Source: Candidatus Thorarchaeota archaeon (lineage in GTDB: Archaea; Asgardarchaeota; Thorarchaeia; Thorarchaeales; Thorarchaeaceae). From it: 64,000 bases of DNA. Position 1 is the stretch's first letter; every line of letters begins with the position of its first letter. The position numbers were made by a program, and so were the translations under genes. Location of the stretch: positions 96,001 to 160,000 of the forward strand of contig JAWOEX010000032.1 of assembly GCA_046482545.1 (NCBI GenBank), given 5' to 3'. The notes beneath the pieces were generated by a model that saw only the letters and a program-made list of their open reading frames with translations, was not told the origin of the DNA and did no database searches. Of this stretch, positions 51,060 to 60,543 are shown piece by piece.

Positions 51060-52154
51060 TCAGGAATCCCCCGAATCTAAATCACTATCTTGTTCACTAC
51101 GGAGCAGGATAACGAAACTTGCTCCCTTAGTATGATCCCCTTCAACTCGGTCTTCGACTCGGATTTGTCCCCCATAATTTTCCAAAATCTTTTTGACCAA
51201 GGTCAGTCCCAACCCCAGTCCGAGAATACCTTGTCTTTTTCCTCGGATTTCCGCAAAAATTTCATCTTTCTCCTCATCGGGAATACCCGGTCCGCGATCC
51301 TTGATATATATTCGCAAGAAGGGGGTATGAGCGATTTTCTCTATTTCAATGTCTATCTCAACTTCTTCTCTCTGATCAAATTTCATTGAGTTATGTAATA
51401 GTGCAAAGAAAACGTCATCAAGAAATTCATCGGCCATGATGAAGTATTCGTTTTCATTGATGGTTGTATTGAGTTTCATCTCTTTCGTTGGAAAAGTAGA
51501 ATCGACTTCAGCGGCTGTTTCAAGTATGACCTTGCCCAAGTCTCTTACTTGCATGGAATGCCTTTCTTCTTCTATGACCGAAATCTTGCGAACATTCGAA
51601 ACGAGTTTTGAGGCTCTTTCAACCTCTTCGAGTCCCTCGTCTACAATTTCTCTGATATCACTTGACAAATCTGGACGGTGTATAATTAGCTCAAGTGTTG
51701 ACATAATCTCTTGATGAATGTTGGTAAGATCATGTATCATAAGATCCAGCATAAACTCTACCTTTTTCCTCTCATCTTCTACTCTTCTTTCTGCATCTCT
51801 TTTGTCCGAAACATCTCGATAATATCCCTGAGCAGCAACGATTTTAGATCCTGCAAAACGGGGGATGATATTTCCCTCCACAAAAACAAGTTCGCCGTCC
51901 TTAGTGACAAAAATGGAATCGAACCCTGTTACCTTCTCTCCATTCAAAACGGAATCCAGCATTTGCTTGTGTTTTTCTATTACTTCAGGAAAGATTATAC
52001 GATCAATAGTTAAATCGTCGATTTCTTCCTGCGTGTAACCGAGAGTATCTTTCCAAGTTTGATTAACGAATTCAAACGACCCATCAGGTTTTATACTGTG
52101 AATAAGACTAACTGAATCTTCAAGGATGTTCCTATATAGTTGTTCACTATCCAT
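51060..52154 (-). CDS. PAS-domain sensor histidine kinase
   Basis: PAS (FVNQTWKDTLGY), IHDLTN, LLHNSMKF, DRGPG, GLGLGL, EDRVEGDHTKGASF. Confidence 0.9.
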   Translation of the reverse strand: MDSEQLYRNILEDSVSLIHSIKPDGSFEFVNQTWKDTLGYTQEEIDDLTIDRIIFPEVIEKHKQMLDSVLNGEKVTGFDSIFVTKDGELVFVEGNIIPRFAGSKIVAAQGYYRDVSDKRDAERRVEDERKKVEFMLDLMIHDLTNIHQEIMSTLELIIHRPDLSSDIREIVDEGLEEVERASKLVSNVRKISVIEEERHSMQVRDLGKVILETAAEVDSTFPTKEMKLNTTINENEYFIMADEFLDDVFFALLHNSMKFDQREEVEIDIEIEKIAHTPFLRIYIKDRGPGIPDEEKDEIFAEIRGKRQGILGLGLGLTLVKKILENYGGQIRVEDRVEGDHTKGASFVILLRSEQDSDLDSGDS

Positions 52155-52373
52155 TTTATTTCCAGACTCCTTACGCAGGACGAAAGATTCAATTCTGTTG
52201 AACAAAAATGAGAGTTGAATCTTCCTATTGAATGTTTTTCGTTTACCCTACGTTATATCTACTCATAAAGCGCTCGTTCACACGATAGAAACCGAGTTGA
52301 GTTGGTTCTTACCAACCCCAATTTGGTGGTCATTGTCGGTAACCATGACACTTGCAATATGCAACCTCATTAC

Positions 52374-53204
52374 TTACTTAAAGTACATTGTTCTAGCTCG
52401 CTCCATGATTTGCTCATCAGCTGGAAACACGAGAGGAATTGATGTGAACTCAGTTTCGCAGGGCCTGTTCTTCGCAACATGGAAAACAACTCTGGGGCGC
52501 TTGACATCTTTCGTATGGTCAACTTCGATAACATAACTCCTTCTTGTCTCGGGGCTCTTCCCGTTTGGACTGTGTGCACAGATGCTTCCCTCACGAGGGG
52601 CAGCTCCATGGTCTTTGAGCATGTAGAAGACATCATTAACATCAGCTACATCTTTTACAAGCTCATATCCTCTGTAGAGTCGTTGTACTGAGCTTTCATG
52701 TGTATATGCCTCGGATTTGGATAGTGCTTGCTTGAGAGTGTCTTCAGTATCCAGCATGACATGATGACCTGTTCGAAGGGCCTTTCTTTCAGAGCGTTCT
52801 AAGGAATGGTCACTACCAGCTATCTCGATGACGAGTATGCTGTTGTGGTCTGCCAGTATGAGGTTACCCCACTGATATTTGCGCCCCCCATTCAAGTGGT
52901 TTCTAGTCATCTTCAAACCATCTTCTGCATCCTTGGCAAACATGATTATCTGCTCGGTGAGAAGATCGTAGTTTGGGTCCACTGTCTTGTGGACATGTGT
53001 GCTTGCAGCAGTAAGTCCGTGCCTGTTCACCCCCACAGTTAGACCCGATTGTTTTCCTGTTGCTCTATCCACCCCCCGAATTCCAAAACAGTCGACATCA
53101 TAGAAGAGCGTGTCAGTATGTTCAGCAGTAAGCAAATCCCTGTTCTTGAAAAGCAGCGTCTTCTTCTGATCTGCTAGGACTACGGCACCTGCTAGACTGG
53201 TCAT
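52374..53204 (-). CDS. Ntn-hydrolase-like protein (C45/AAT or choloylglycine-hydrolase-like fold)
   Basis: LLFKNRD, GVNRHGL, NLILAD, late SIC-H; typical of Ntn C45-like proteins. Confidence 0.65.
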   Translation of the reverse strand: MTSLAGAVVLADQKKTLLFKNRDLLTAEHTDTLFYDVDCFGIRGVDRATGKQSGLTVGVNRHGLTAASTHVHKTVDPNYDLLTEQIIMFAKDAEDGLKMTRNHLNGGRKYQWGNLILADHNSILVIEIAGSDHSLERSERKALRTGHHVMLDTEDTLKQALSKSEAYTHESSVQRLYRGYELVKDVADVNDVFYMLKDHGAAPREGSICAHSPNGKSPETRRSYVIEVDHTKDVKRPRVVFHVAKNRPCETEFTSIPLVFPADEQIMERARTMYFK

Positions 53205-53321
53205 CTGGAACCCCACAGCCTAGTAATTCGATACATGCAAATATAGCTTCTTAGGGTGAAACCGTGCTGAATTCTTGACGAAAATTCTATTTGGAAACAG
53301 ATTGTAGGATTCAGGAGAAAA

Positions 53322-54110
53322 ATGTTTGATTCCCGTGCCATTGTAGATGGCTTAGAAACCAAATACATCAAGCCCAGGTTTCATCATTTCGAAGAAGTGG
53401 ACTCAACGAATGAGACAGCCAAGAATAAAGCCCTGAGCGGCGCAGATTACGGTCTATTCATTGTTGCAGACGAACAGGTAGCTGGAAAAGGCAGGATGAA
53501 CCGAACTTGGGTTTCACCTCCTGGAGGGCTATACTTCTCCGTCTATCTTCAAGCTCCACTTAATGGAACTCCCTCGCCTATACTGGGAATGCTTGTAGCT
53601 TGTGCTACTACTGAGGCTATCCGCCAGGTGACCGGTGTAGATTCAACGATAAAATGGCCCAATGATCTTATGATTGGCGAAAGGAAGGTTGGCGGAATAC
53701 TCTGTGAAGCTATCTCAAGAGACGGCAAAGTCATCGGAGTTGTAGTTGGAGTCGGCATTAATCTGAATACCCGTGTGAGTGGATTATCTGCTAAATTCAG
53801 ATATCCCCCAACTAGTCTAATTGAAGAGACTGGAAAGACCATCTCAAGGGAGGAATTGATGCGAAGCATCCTTATGTCTATTGACAAGCGAATCGGAATA
53901 GTGAAGGATAGACGTTCCTACAACGATACTCTTGAGGAATTGAAATGGCTGAACAGGATTCTCGGTTATCCAGTGGTAGTTCATACGAGAGATGAAACAG
54001 TGGAAGGAACTGCCGTGGATATTCGAGATGATGGCGCATTAGTCGTTGAGACAGCATCCGGAACTCGAAAACCCATAACTATTGGGGATGTTACGAGGGT
54101 GATTCTTTAG
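53322..54110 (+). CDS. birA: biotin--protein ligase (no N-terminal HTH)
   Basis: DSTN, QVAGKGRMNRTW, KWPND, KVGGIL, GVGIN. Confidence 0.93.
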   Translation: MFDSRAIVDGLETKYIKPRFHHFEEVDSTNETAKNKALSGADYGLFIVADEQVAGKGRMNRTWVSPPGGLYFSVYLQAPLNGTPSPILGMLVACATTEAIRQVTGVDSTIKWPNDLMIGERKVGGILCEAISRDGKVIGVVVGVGINLNTRVSGLSAKFRYPPTSLIEETGKTISREELMRSILMSIDKRIGIVKDRRSYNDTLEELKWLNRILGYPVVVHTRDETVEGTAVDIRDDGALVVETASGTRKPITIGDVTRVIL

Positions 54111-54276
54111 CCTGCTGAGTGGGGTTACTTGCTCTGTGTCATGTTATTCGTCTCCGCTTTGGCATTTGCATTTCTCGTTCATCTGGGCATTTTGGTTTTA
54201 TCTAGGTTCTCTCGCTTCTTTCATGAGCACATCTAAATATACAGAGATATCTGATTACTTGAGGAGGTAATCTCAG

Positions 54277-55137
54277 TTGGAAGAGTCGACTGTCCTCATT
54301 CCACCCGACAAGCTCATGGAGATGCGAGACCTAATTCTTACAGATGAGCCAGCTTCACAATTGGATACCCGAAGCAAGTATGAAGAATTCAGAATAGCAT
54401 ACTCAGGGGGTACTATCGTAGGGTATAGGACGGGAAAAGTAGTCTCAAATACTCCCAAATGCGCTGCGATGATTTATCGAACGATTCAGAAGATGGAGTT
54501 CGAAGATGCAGCTTATACCCTTACCATTGGCTCCGATGAGGCTGGCAAGGGCGAATGGCTAGGCCCACTTACTGTTGCTGCTGTGGCACTCACTCCGAAT
54601 CAAGCCAAGCATCTCAGAGCCCTCGGAGTATTAGACAGCAAGAAACTTACTCGTCATAAGATTGCACGGAAAGCCCAAGACATCGTAAGTCATTGTCAAG
54701 CGAAACACGTACTTGTTATTTCCCCTCGAAAATTCAATACAATGTTTGCTGATTTCAAGGAGGAGGGCAAGAACCTGAATGATATCTTGGCGTGGGCGCA
54801 CTCAAAGGTAATATCCGAGGTCTACAAATCAACCAGAAACGAATTTGATGATACGAGTATTCGGGTAGTGGTAGACGAATTTGCTCGTGTGAAAACAAGA
54901 TTGCGTCTGGAACAACTCATTGACTTGGATCGAGTAACTCTTGTTCAGAAGCATGGTGCTGAGGACATAATGGCGGTTGCAGCTGCTAGTATTCTTGCCC
55001 GTGATGCGTATGAACTCTGGATTGCGCGGAATTCTGACAAGCTCAAGCTCAATCTTCGCAGTCTGAGTAAGAAAGAAGCGGCGGCTGGGGAAAAAACTGA
55101 CGAATTGGCAAAGTTACATTACATGGATAAGCAATGA
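54277..55137 (+). CDS. rnhC: ribonuclease HIII
   Basis: N-terminal TBP-like segment (GTIVGYRTGKVV), GSDEAGKGEWLGPL, DSKKL, VDEF, VAAASILAR. Confidence 0.8.
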   Translation: MEESTVLIPPDKLMEMRDLILTDEPASQLDTRSKYEEFRIAYSGGTIVGYRTGKVVSNTPKCAAMIYRTIQKMEFEDAAYTLTIGSDEAGKGEWLGPLTVAAVALTPNQAKHLRALGVLDSKKLTRHKIARKAQDIVSHCQAKHVLVISPRKFNTMFADFKEEGKNLNDILAWAHSKVISEVYKSTRNEFDDTSIRVVVDEFARVKTRLRLEQLIDLDRVTLVQKHGAEDIMAVAAASILARDAYELWIARNSDKLKLNLRSLSKKEAAAGEKTDELAKLHYMDKQ

Positions 55138-55174
55138 CTAGGTAGGTAAATCAGTAAATGTGCAATAGCGACCG

Positions 55175-55480
55175 CTATTTGCGAGTTGACTTCACTGTTT
55201 CTCTAATATGCTGAAGCAGATCTGCAATCTCCTCACTGGCGATGGAGTACATTTTCTTCTTCCCATCCCGTCTTGATTTGAGTATACCTGCATCGACAAG
55301 CTGTGTTAGATATGCCGAAACTGTAGACTGTGATAACCCTATCCGAGGGAATATTTCGCATTGACATTCTTCACCTTCAAGCAAATCTTCTACAATTCGC
55401 AATCTGACTGGATTGCTCAATGCCTTGTGAAATTCCACCCGCCGATTTATGAGTCGCTCATCTGATATCAATACTTCCAC
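55175..55480 (-). CDS. ArsR/SmtB family transcriptional regulator
   Basis: KALSNPVRLRI, ECQCEI metal site, SQSTVS, GIL..RRDG. Confidence 0.9.
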   Translation of the reverse strand: MEVLISDERLINRRVEFHKALSNPVRLRIVEDLLEGEECQCEIFPRIGLSQSTVSAYLTQLVDAGILKSRRDGKKKMYSIASEEIADLLQHIRETVKSTRK

Positions 55481-55490
55481 TCTACGCTAT

Positions 55491-56555
55491 CTATTTGGTA
55501 TCGTCCCTTTTTGTTGTTTCTAAAGGTTGTCTCCAAAATCCTTTCTTCCGCAGGTACTTGGCAAGATAGACTAGTCCGAGCATGACAGGAACCTCCCAGA
55601 ATAGTCCCATTGTTGTTCCCAATGCAGCGATTGATCCGACACCATAGATAGACACAGCTATAGCAATTGCGATTTCAAAGTGACTCGAAGAACCGATGAT
55701 GACTGTTATGACTCCTTCTGGATATGCAAGACCTATCTGCCGAGTAATGAGGAGATTATATGTAAGAACAATGCCGAATCCTGCTAACAGAGGAACAGAC
55801 ACCAGAAATAGCAAATCTGGATGTTCGAGCATCACATTACCATTTAGTGAAAATAACACTATGAGAGTAGTCAATAGGGCCACTAGGGCCAAGTTTCCTA
55901 CAGCTGGCCTGTAGGTGTTCTCAAACCATTTTCTTCCTTTCCGTTCGACTAGTAACTTCCGACTGACAACCCCAAGCAGAAGCGGTAATCCTATGAACAA
56001 GAAGGATGAGACTAACAGCAACCATCGATCTATTGGTATATTTGAGAGCCCAGTGAAAAGGGCAACCAGCGGTGCGTAGAATAGAATGATAGTAACGGTA
56101 TTTAGGCTGGTGGTGATTACGTTCTGTTCTTGGTTTCCCTTTGCGAGATATCCCCATACCAATACCATTGCAGTACAAGGACTTGATGTCAACAAGATAA
56201 CCGCCACTATGAGCTGTTCTTGTCCTGGAAGGAGAGCTGTTGCTAGTCCAAATCCCACTAATGGAGCTACAATCCAGTTTGAGAGTAGGGTCAAAATGAT
56301 TGGCTGGGGATTTTTTCCCAATTTCCTTAGTTCAGCAACTTCGAAATTCAACATTGCAGGATACATCATAAGAAACAAACAGATGCCTATTGGGACTGAG
56401 ATATCGCCAATTTGCCATGCGCCAATAGCAACACTGATTCCGGGGAATGCTCGTGAAAGGGCAATTCCTACAATCATACATATAGCGACCCAGATTGGCA
56501 AGTACTTCTCAAAAATTGTGAGTTCCTGCTTTGTTCCTGGTACATCGAGTTCCAT
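55491..56555 (-). CDS. acr3: ACR3 family arsenite efflux permease
   Basis: EKYLPIWV, MMYP, NWIVAP, PCTAMVLVW, SSHFEIAIA, EVPVML. Confidence 0.92.
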   Translation of the reverse strand: MELDVPGTKQELTIFEKYLPIWVAICMIVGIALSRAFPGISVAIGAWQIGDISVPIGICLFLMMYPAMLNFEVAELRKLGKNPQPIILTLLSNWIVAPLVGFGLATALLPGQEQLIVAVILLTSSPCTAMVLVWGYLAKGNQEQNVITTSLNTVTIILFYAPLVALFTGLSNIPIDRWLLLVSSFLFIGLPLLLGVVSRKLLVERKGRKWFENTYRPAVGNLALVALLTTLIVLFSLNGNVMLEHPDLLFLVSVPLLAGFGIVLTYNLLITRQIGLAYPEGVITVIIGSSSHFEIAIAIAVSIYGVGSIAALGTTMGLFWEVPVMLGLVYLAKYLRKKGFWRQPLETTKRDDTK

Positions 56556-56874
56556 GGTCTTTCCTCTTCTTGATGATTTGCGGTGTTTTTACATCGAAAA
56601 ATAGCGATTAGTCAATATATTAAGCTTCCCTTGTAAACCCCTTTAGAAGTAAACAATTGGATATCCAAACCAACTACTGGGCAGTTCTGACGATTTGGTT
56701 CCTTCCCTCTAGGATAGCGTATGCTGCAACACTACCCCCGCAGATTGTATATATAGAGGCAAACTCCCTTTTGCCAGCTCTATAGTTACTGTTCCAATCG
56801 GATTAGTATCGGACTGGGGTGATGTAGACTTACTCATTTTTTCCTCCTCAGCAGTTCTCGCATCAACACTCATC

Positions 56875-58449
56875 ATGGATAGACTCGTTGACAGAATTGG
56901 TTTCGAGTTGATAGCAGGTGTGATGGTGGTTCTCATCATTTTGCTCTTTGTCTACACTGACACACCTTACGAAGTCTCTCACGGAAGAACTCTCCTTATC
57001 TTTGCAGTGCCAATTGTGATGGCGGCTTTTCTCATTAGACCGTGGACTTCGGCATTGATTGCCATTCTCAGTTCTGTTATGTCACTGTTTGCAGGCTATG
57101 CTTTGCCAAATATACCCGCTATAGTGACATTTCACATTCTTGCGCTTCTCGTTTGGAATCTCTCTTCCCACCTTGAAGATACGATTGAGCAGCTAGCCAG
57201 CTCGCAAGAACGACTTGAAAACCAGAAGAAGCAGGCAATTCTGTATCTTGACGTTTTTGGACATGATTTTGCTAATAACCTCTAAGCTATCCTATTGGCG
57301 TTGGAATTCATAAAAGCACATTCTACAAGTGAAGAGATTAGACCAGTTATTAATAATGCAATCGACACATTGCATGACAGCAATAGTCTGATTAGAGAAG
57401 CGAAGAAGTTTGAATCCATCAATCAAGGTGAATTGAAGCCTTTTGAGATCTGCAAAACATTGGCGATATGTGTGGACGTTTTCAAGAATGAATATCCTGA
57501 TATTGCTATTGAATCCGAGGGGAACGTATCGGAAGCAGTAGTCAAAGCAGATACGTATGTTGCAGACTTATTCTCAATCCTGCTTGAAAATGCGGTACAG
57601 CATAACCCAAAGCAAAGAAGAACGTCTGGGTGCAAATACAGGAGGAGTGTGGCGGCTATGTAGTATCTATTGCAGATAATGGACCAGGAATACCCGATTT
57701 ACGAAAATCAACTCTATTTGATTTATCACATAGATATGGAGGACTTGGTTTACATCTGGCCAAGCTAATAGTTGACAATTACAGAGAAGGCAAGTTTTAC
57801 AAAAATCCTAAAAAATTCGGGTACAAAAGTGTAAGATTTCCTGCAACTCCTCTCCTGACCACAAGGGGAGTTTATTAGGCTCAGTACGGGGCCCCGGTTC
57901 AGTAGGACGAGGCAAGTGGGCTAGTGTTATACACGAGGCACGCGGCCGAAGGCTGTGAGGTGGACTCGTTCCACTAAGCACAAGTTCCCACTCTCCACTA
58001 AAGGAACTCCATCAGGTTCCGGAGTGTCCGCGGCTGTTCACCTTGTCCGTAATGGACCTCCTCAGTTACGGCGACAATGCTGAGGTGGGTGATCATGACC
58101 ACGCCGTGGCAAGAACTGTGGAAGACCTCGCTGTCGCCGGAGTGATGTGGCGGAGTTCGACAGGAGACGATAGCAATGACCGCGGAAGGAATCCCATTCC
58201 TGTGAACGCGGACAAAGCCCCTGCTGACTCACGGGCCTACGGGTACACAGAGGGCGGCAACGCTGGCAGGGGAAGAGTGGAACACAGAAGTTTCAGGCAG
58301 TTGCCAAAACTGTAAGAAACAGGTTATGCAAAGGTACTATTGCGGTCGAGAATCGGGTTTATGGAGAACCTGGAAAGGGAACCAAATTCCGGGTATGGTT
58401 ACCGGCTCTTGATTCGGGGAAAGACCGGCTTCATGGAACAGCGAGTTAG
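56875..58449 (+). pseudogene. membrane sensor histidine kinase pseudogene (nonsense, frameshift and 544-bp insertion)
   Basis: TM region, then H-box GHDFANNL*AILL (TAA 57283-57285), ENAVQHN, frameshift ~57612-57617, DNGPG, GGLGLHLAKLIVD. The frame resumes at 58321 as RLCKGTIAVENRVYGEPGKGTKFRVWLP, stop 58447-58449. Confidence 0.88.
57777..58320 (+). mobile_element. non-autonomous insertion element (IS607- or IS200/IS605-derived, MITE/PATE-like) with eroded tnpB tail and omegaRNA-like end
   Basis: Excision gives GTTGAC|AGGTTA and restores the kinase frame (junction ambiguous within shared ACA). A-rich TACAAAA-like motifs at the left end; subterminal hairpin CAGTT-GCCAA-AACTG at the right end; related copy at 14711. 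Family assignment is inference. Confidence 0.8.
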
Positions 58450-58503
58450 AAATACTATAAATACTAGAATTCCGATGGATTATGGGGAGATTGCGTTTTA
58501 CAG

Positions 58504-59262
58504 TTGAAAGGATTTGATGATATTGCACTTGCCTATGACCATTCCATAGATTGGGAAACCAGAATTCGTAGAGAGGTTCCGTTCATAGTCGAAATGGCCG
58601 AAGGTGTCAAGGGAAAACGTATACTTGACCTTGCGTGTGGGACAGGGAGACACACAATCGAACTTGACAAACGGGGTGCTAGAGTTACAGGCATTGACAA
58701 CAGCCCGGCTATGATAGACACAGCGAGGGAGATTGCCAAGGAGCAAGGCAGTAACGCTGAATTCGTGGTGGCTGACATGTCGGACATGAAACAGGTGGTA
58801 TCAGACAAATTCGATCTAGTGCTTTGTTTGGGTAATTCCCTTGCATTACTCTCCGATTTCGGAACCATTGAGCAAGTTATGTCAGATGTTCATGACAGAC
58901 TTGTGCCAGAAGGAACATTCTTGTATCAGATACTGAATTTTGAAGAGATTCTGCGTTCGCAGTTCCGATTCATGCAACCCAAGGCCAGGCAATCTAGAGA
59001 CGGCAGTAACGTGGTCTTTTTTCGCTTCTTTACTCATCCTGAAGAGTCTCGATATTCTACTTTGGTGCTTAGTGCCTTTGAAAATGGGGATGATTGGGAC
59101 GTAAGGATGCACACACTCAACGTTTTGCGAATGGATTATTCCATTGTTCGCGTTGTGATGAATCAAGCGGGATTTGAGGTCATCAAGACGTTTTCGTCGT
59201 ACGACGGCTCTCCCTTTGATAGAAGGAATAACAGGAATCTCATTGTCGTTACAAAGAAATAA
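58504..59262 (+). CDS. class I SAM-dependent methyltransferase
   Basis: ILDLACGTG, GIDNSPAM, ADM, FDLVLCLGNS. Confidence 0.9.
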   Translation: MKGFDDIALAYDHSIDWETRIRREVPFIVEMAEGVKGKRILDLACGTGRHTIELDKRGARVTGIDNSPAMIDTAREIAKEQGSNAEFVVADMSDMKQVVSDKFDLVLCLGNSLALLSDFGTIEQVMSDVHDRLVPEGTFLYQILNFEEILRSQFRFMQPKARQSRDGSNVVFFRFFTHPEESRYSTLVLSAFENGDDWDVRMHTLNVLRMDYSIVRVVMNQAGFEVIKTFSSYDGSPFDRRNNRNLIVVTKK

Positions 59263-59359
59263 CCGTATATGCGGCAAGTGTTTCGGATGATACTCCCAGA
59301 AGGAAAATAAGCGAGTGGGGGCATAATGAGCGAAACTCTTTCAGTATTGAAGGAAAGGA

Positions 59360-60142
59360 ATGGAGACCACTGTAATGGCGAAGTATGATCTAAAGGGACA
59401 AGCAGCGATTGTAACTGGAGCTTCCGGAGGACTTGGCGAGCAGTTTTGTATTGGACTAGCTGCTTCTGGCGCGGACATAGTTCTTGCTGCCCGTCGAGAG
59501 GAACGACTGAAGCAAATTGCAGAGGACATATCGAGTGAACATCATATTACCGCTCTACCTCTGAAAACTGATGTGACTAAAGAGAGTGATGTCATTCGCA
59601 TGGTTAAATATACTGCTGAGGAACTTGGTACGGTTGACATCTTGATCAATAACGCAGGGGTTTATGTCTTTAAACCTCTCACTGAGCAGACGGTAGAAGA
59701 CTGGCACAAAGTCATTGATGTGAATCTGACATCGACATTTCTGGGGTGTCGCGAAGCAGCTAAGATAATGATTCCCAAAAAAACAGGTTGCATTATTAAT
59801 ATCAGCTCAACTTTTGGCCTTGGAGGGACAGAGTTCCCTGAGGTGGGCTACTATGCTGCAAAGGGTGGAGTTATTGCATTAACCAAAGCTTTGGCGGTGG
59901 AGCTTGGAAAACACAATATCCGAGTTAATTCCATCGCACCAGGGTTCTTCCCAACTGAAATGTCGATTGAAGCAATTACCAATAAAGAAATCCGGGAACG
60001 AGTCATTGAGCCTCGTACTGCCCTACCAATGCTTGCGGAGAATGAGTGGATTAGGGGTGCTGCCTGTTTTCTAGCTAGTGAAGACGCAAAATACGTTACT
60101 GGACACACGCTTGCAGTTGATGGTGGGTGGCTTGCCTTTTAG
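59360..60142 (+). CDS. short-chain dehydrogenase/reductase (SDR)
   Basis: TGASGGLG, NNAG, NISS, YYAAK, APGFFPT. Confidence 0.93.
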   Translation: METTVMAKYDLKGQAAIVTGASGGLGEQFCIGLAASGADIVLAARREERLKQIAEDISSEHHITALPLKTDVTKESDVIRMVKYTAEELGTVDILINNAGVYVFKPLTEQTVEDWHKVIDVNLTSTFLGCREAAKIMIPKKTGCIINISSTFGLGGTEFPEVGYYAAKGGVIALTKALAVELGKHNIRVNSIAPGFFPTEMSIEAITNKEIRERVIEPRTALPMLAENEWIRGAACFLASEDAKYVTGHTLAVDGGWLAF

Positions 60143-60543
60143 CCGTGAATAAATCGAGTGAATCGCCCTTCTCACATCTCTGTAACTTGATATCATCAGC
60201 GAGTAGCTGCATCAGTTGCATCGACATGCCATTATTCTGCACATAGACTGCGATTCATCATTCTCACTTTCAAGATATACCCGCTCTTGGGATTTGGTCT
60301 TGGATGATATTATTTCTGAACACATTTCTGTTGAATTTAGTTGGCAAACTGGGGAATTCAATTAATAGTGCTACATAGCCAAATAACCTCTCGTGAAGAA
60401 GGTTAATCCATGTATCGGGTTGGTTTCTCTTAAGGTTCTAATAAGACACGATACATCCTTGGCTCATGGCTTTAGGCTTAGAGTGAATGTTGCAAGTGGG
60501 ACCGCATATCTTGGATTAGGTCACTCACGGAGATAACCGAGCT

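Noticed and set aside
57630-57878. 82-aa ORF as an independent gene
   Set aside because: Chimera of the kinase HATPase fragment and read-through into the element's left end.
58043-58315. 90-aa ORF as a functional gene
   Set aside because: Lies wholly inside the insertion; at best an eroded tnpB tail running into structured RNA sequence.
57880-58320. RNase P RNA or SRP RNA (GC-rich, AAGGAACTCC and ACAGAAG-like words, long-range pairing)
   Set aside because: The P4 strands are not complementary and no SRP helix-8 motif is present. The segment also interrupts a protein gene and has a degenerate second copy, as a mobile element would.
57777-58320. Self-splicing group I/II intron or IStron
   Set aside because: No recognisable P7 or domain V consensus, no GUGCG start, and the host gene has independent inactivating lesions.
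60140-60330. Minus-strand Cys-rich frame with in-frame TGA (CRCN*CS) as a selenoprotein
   Set aside because: No similarity to a known selenoprotein family and no SECIS recognised; likely chance or decayed sequence.
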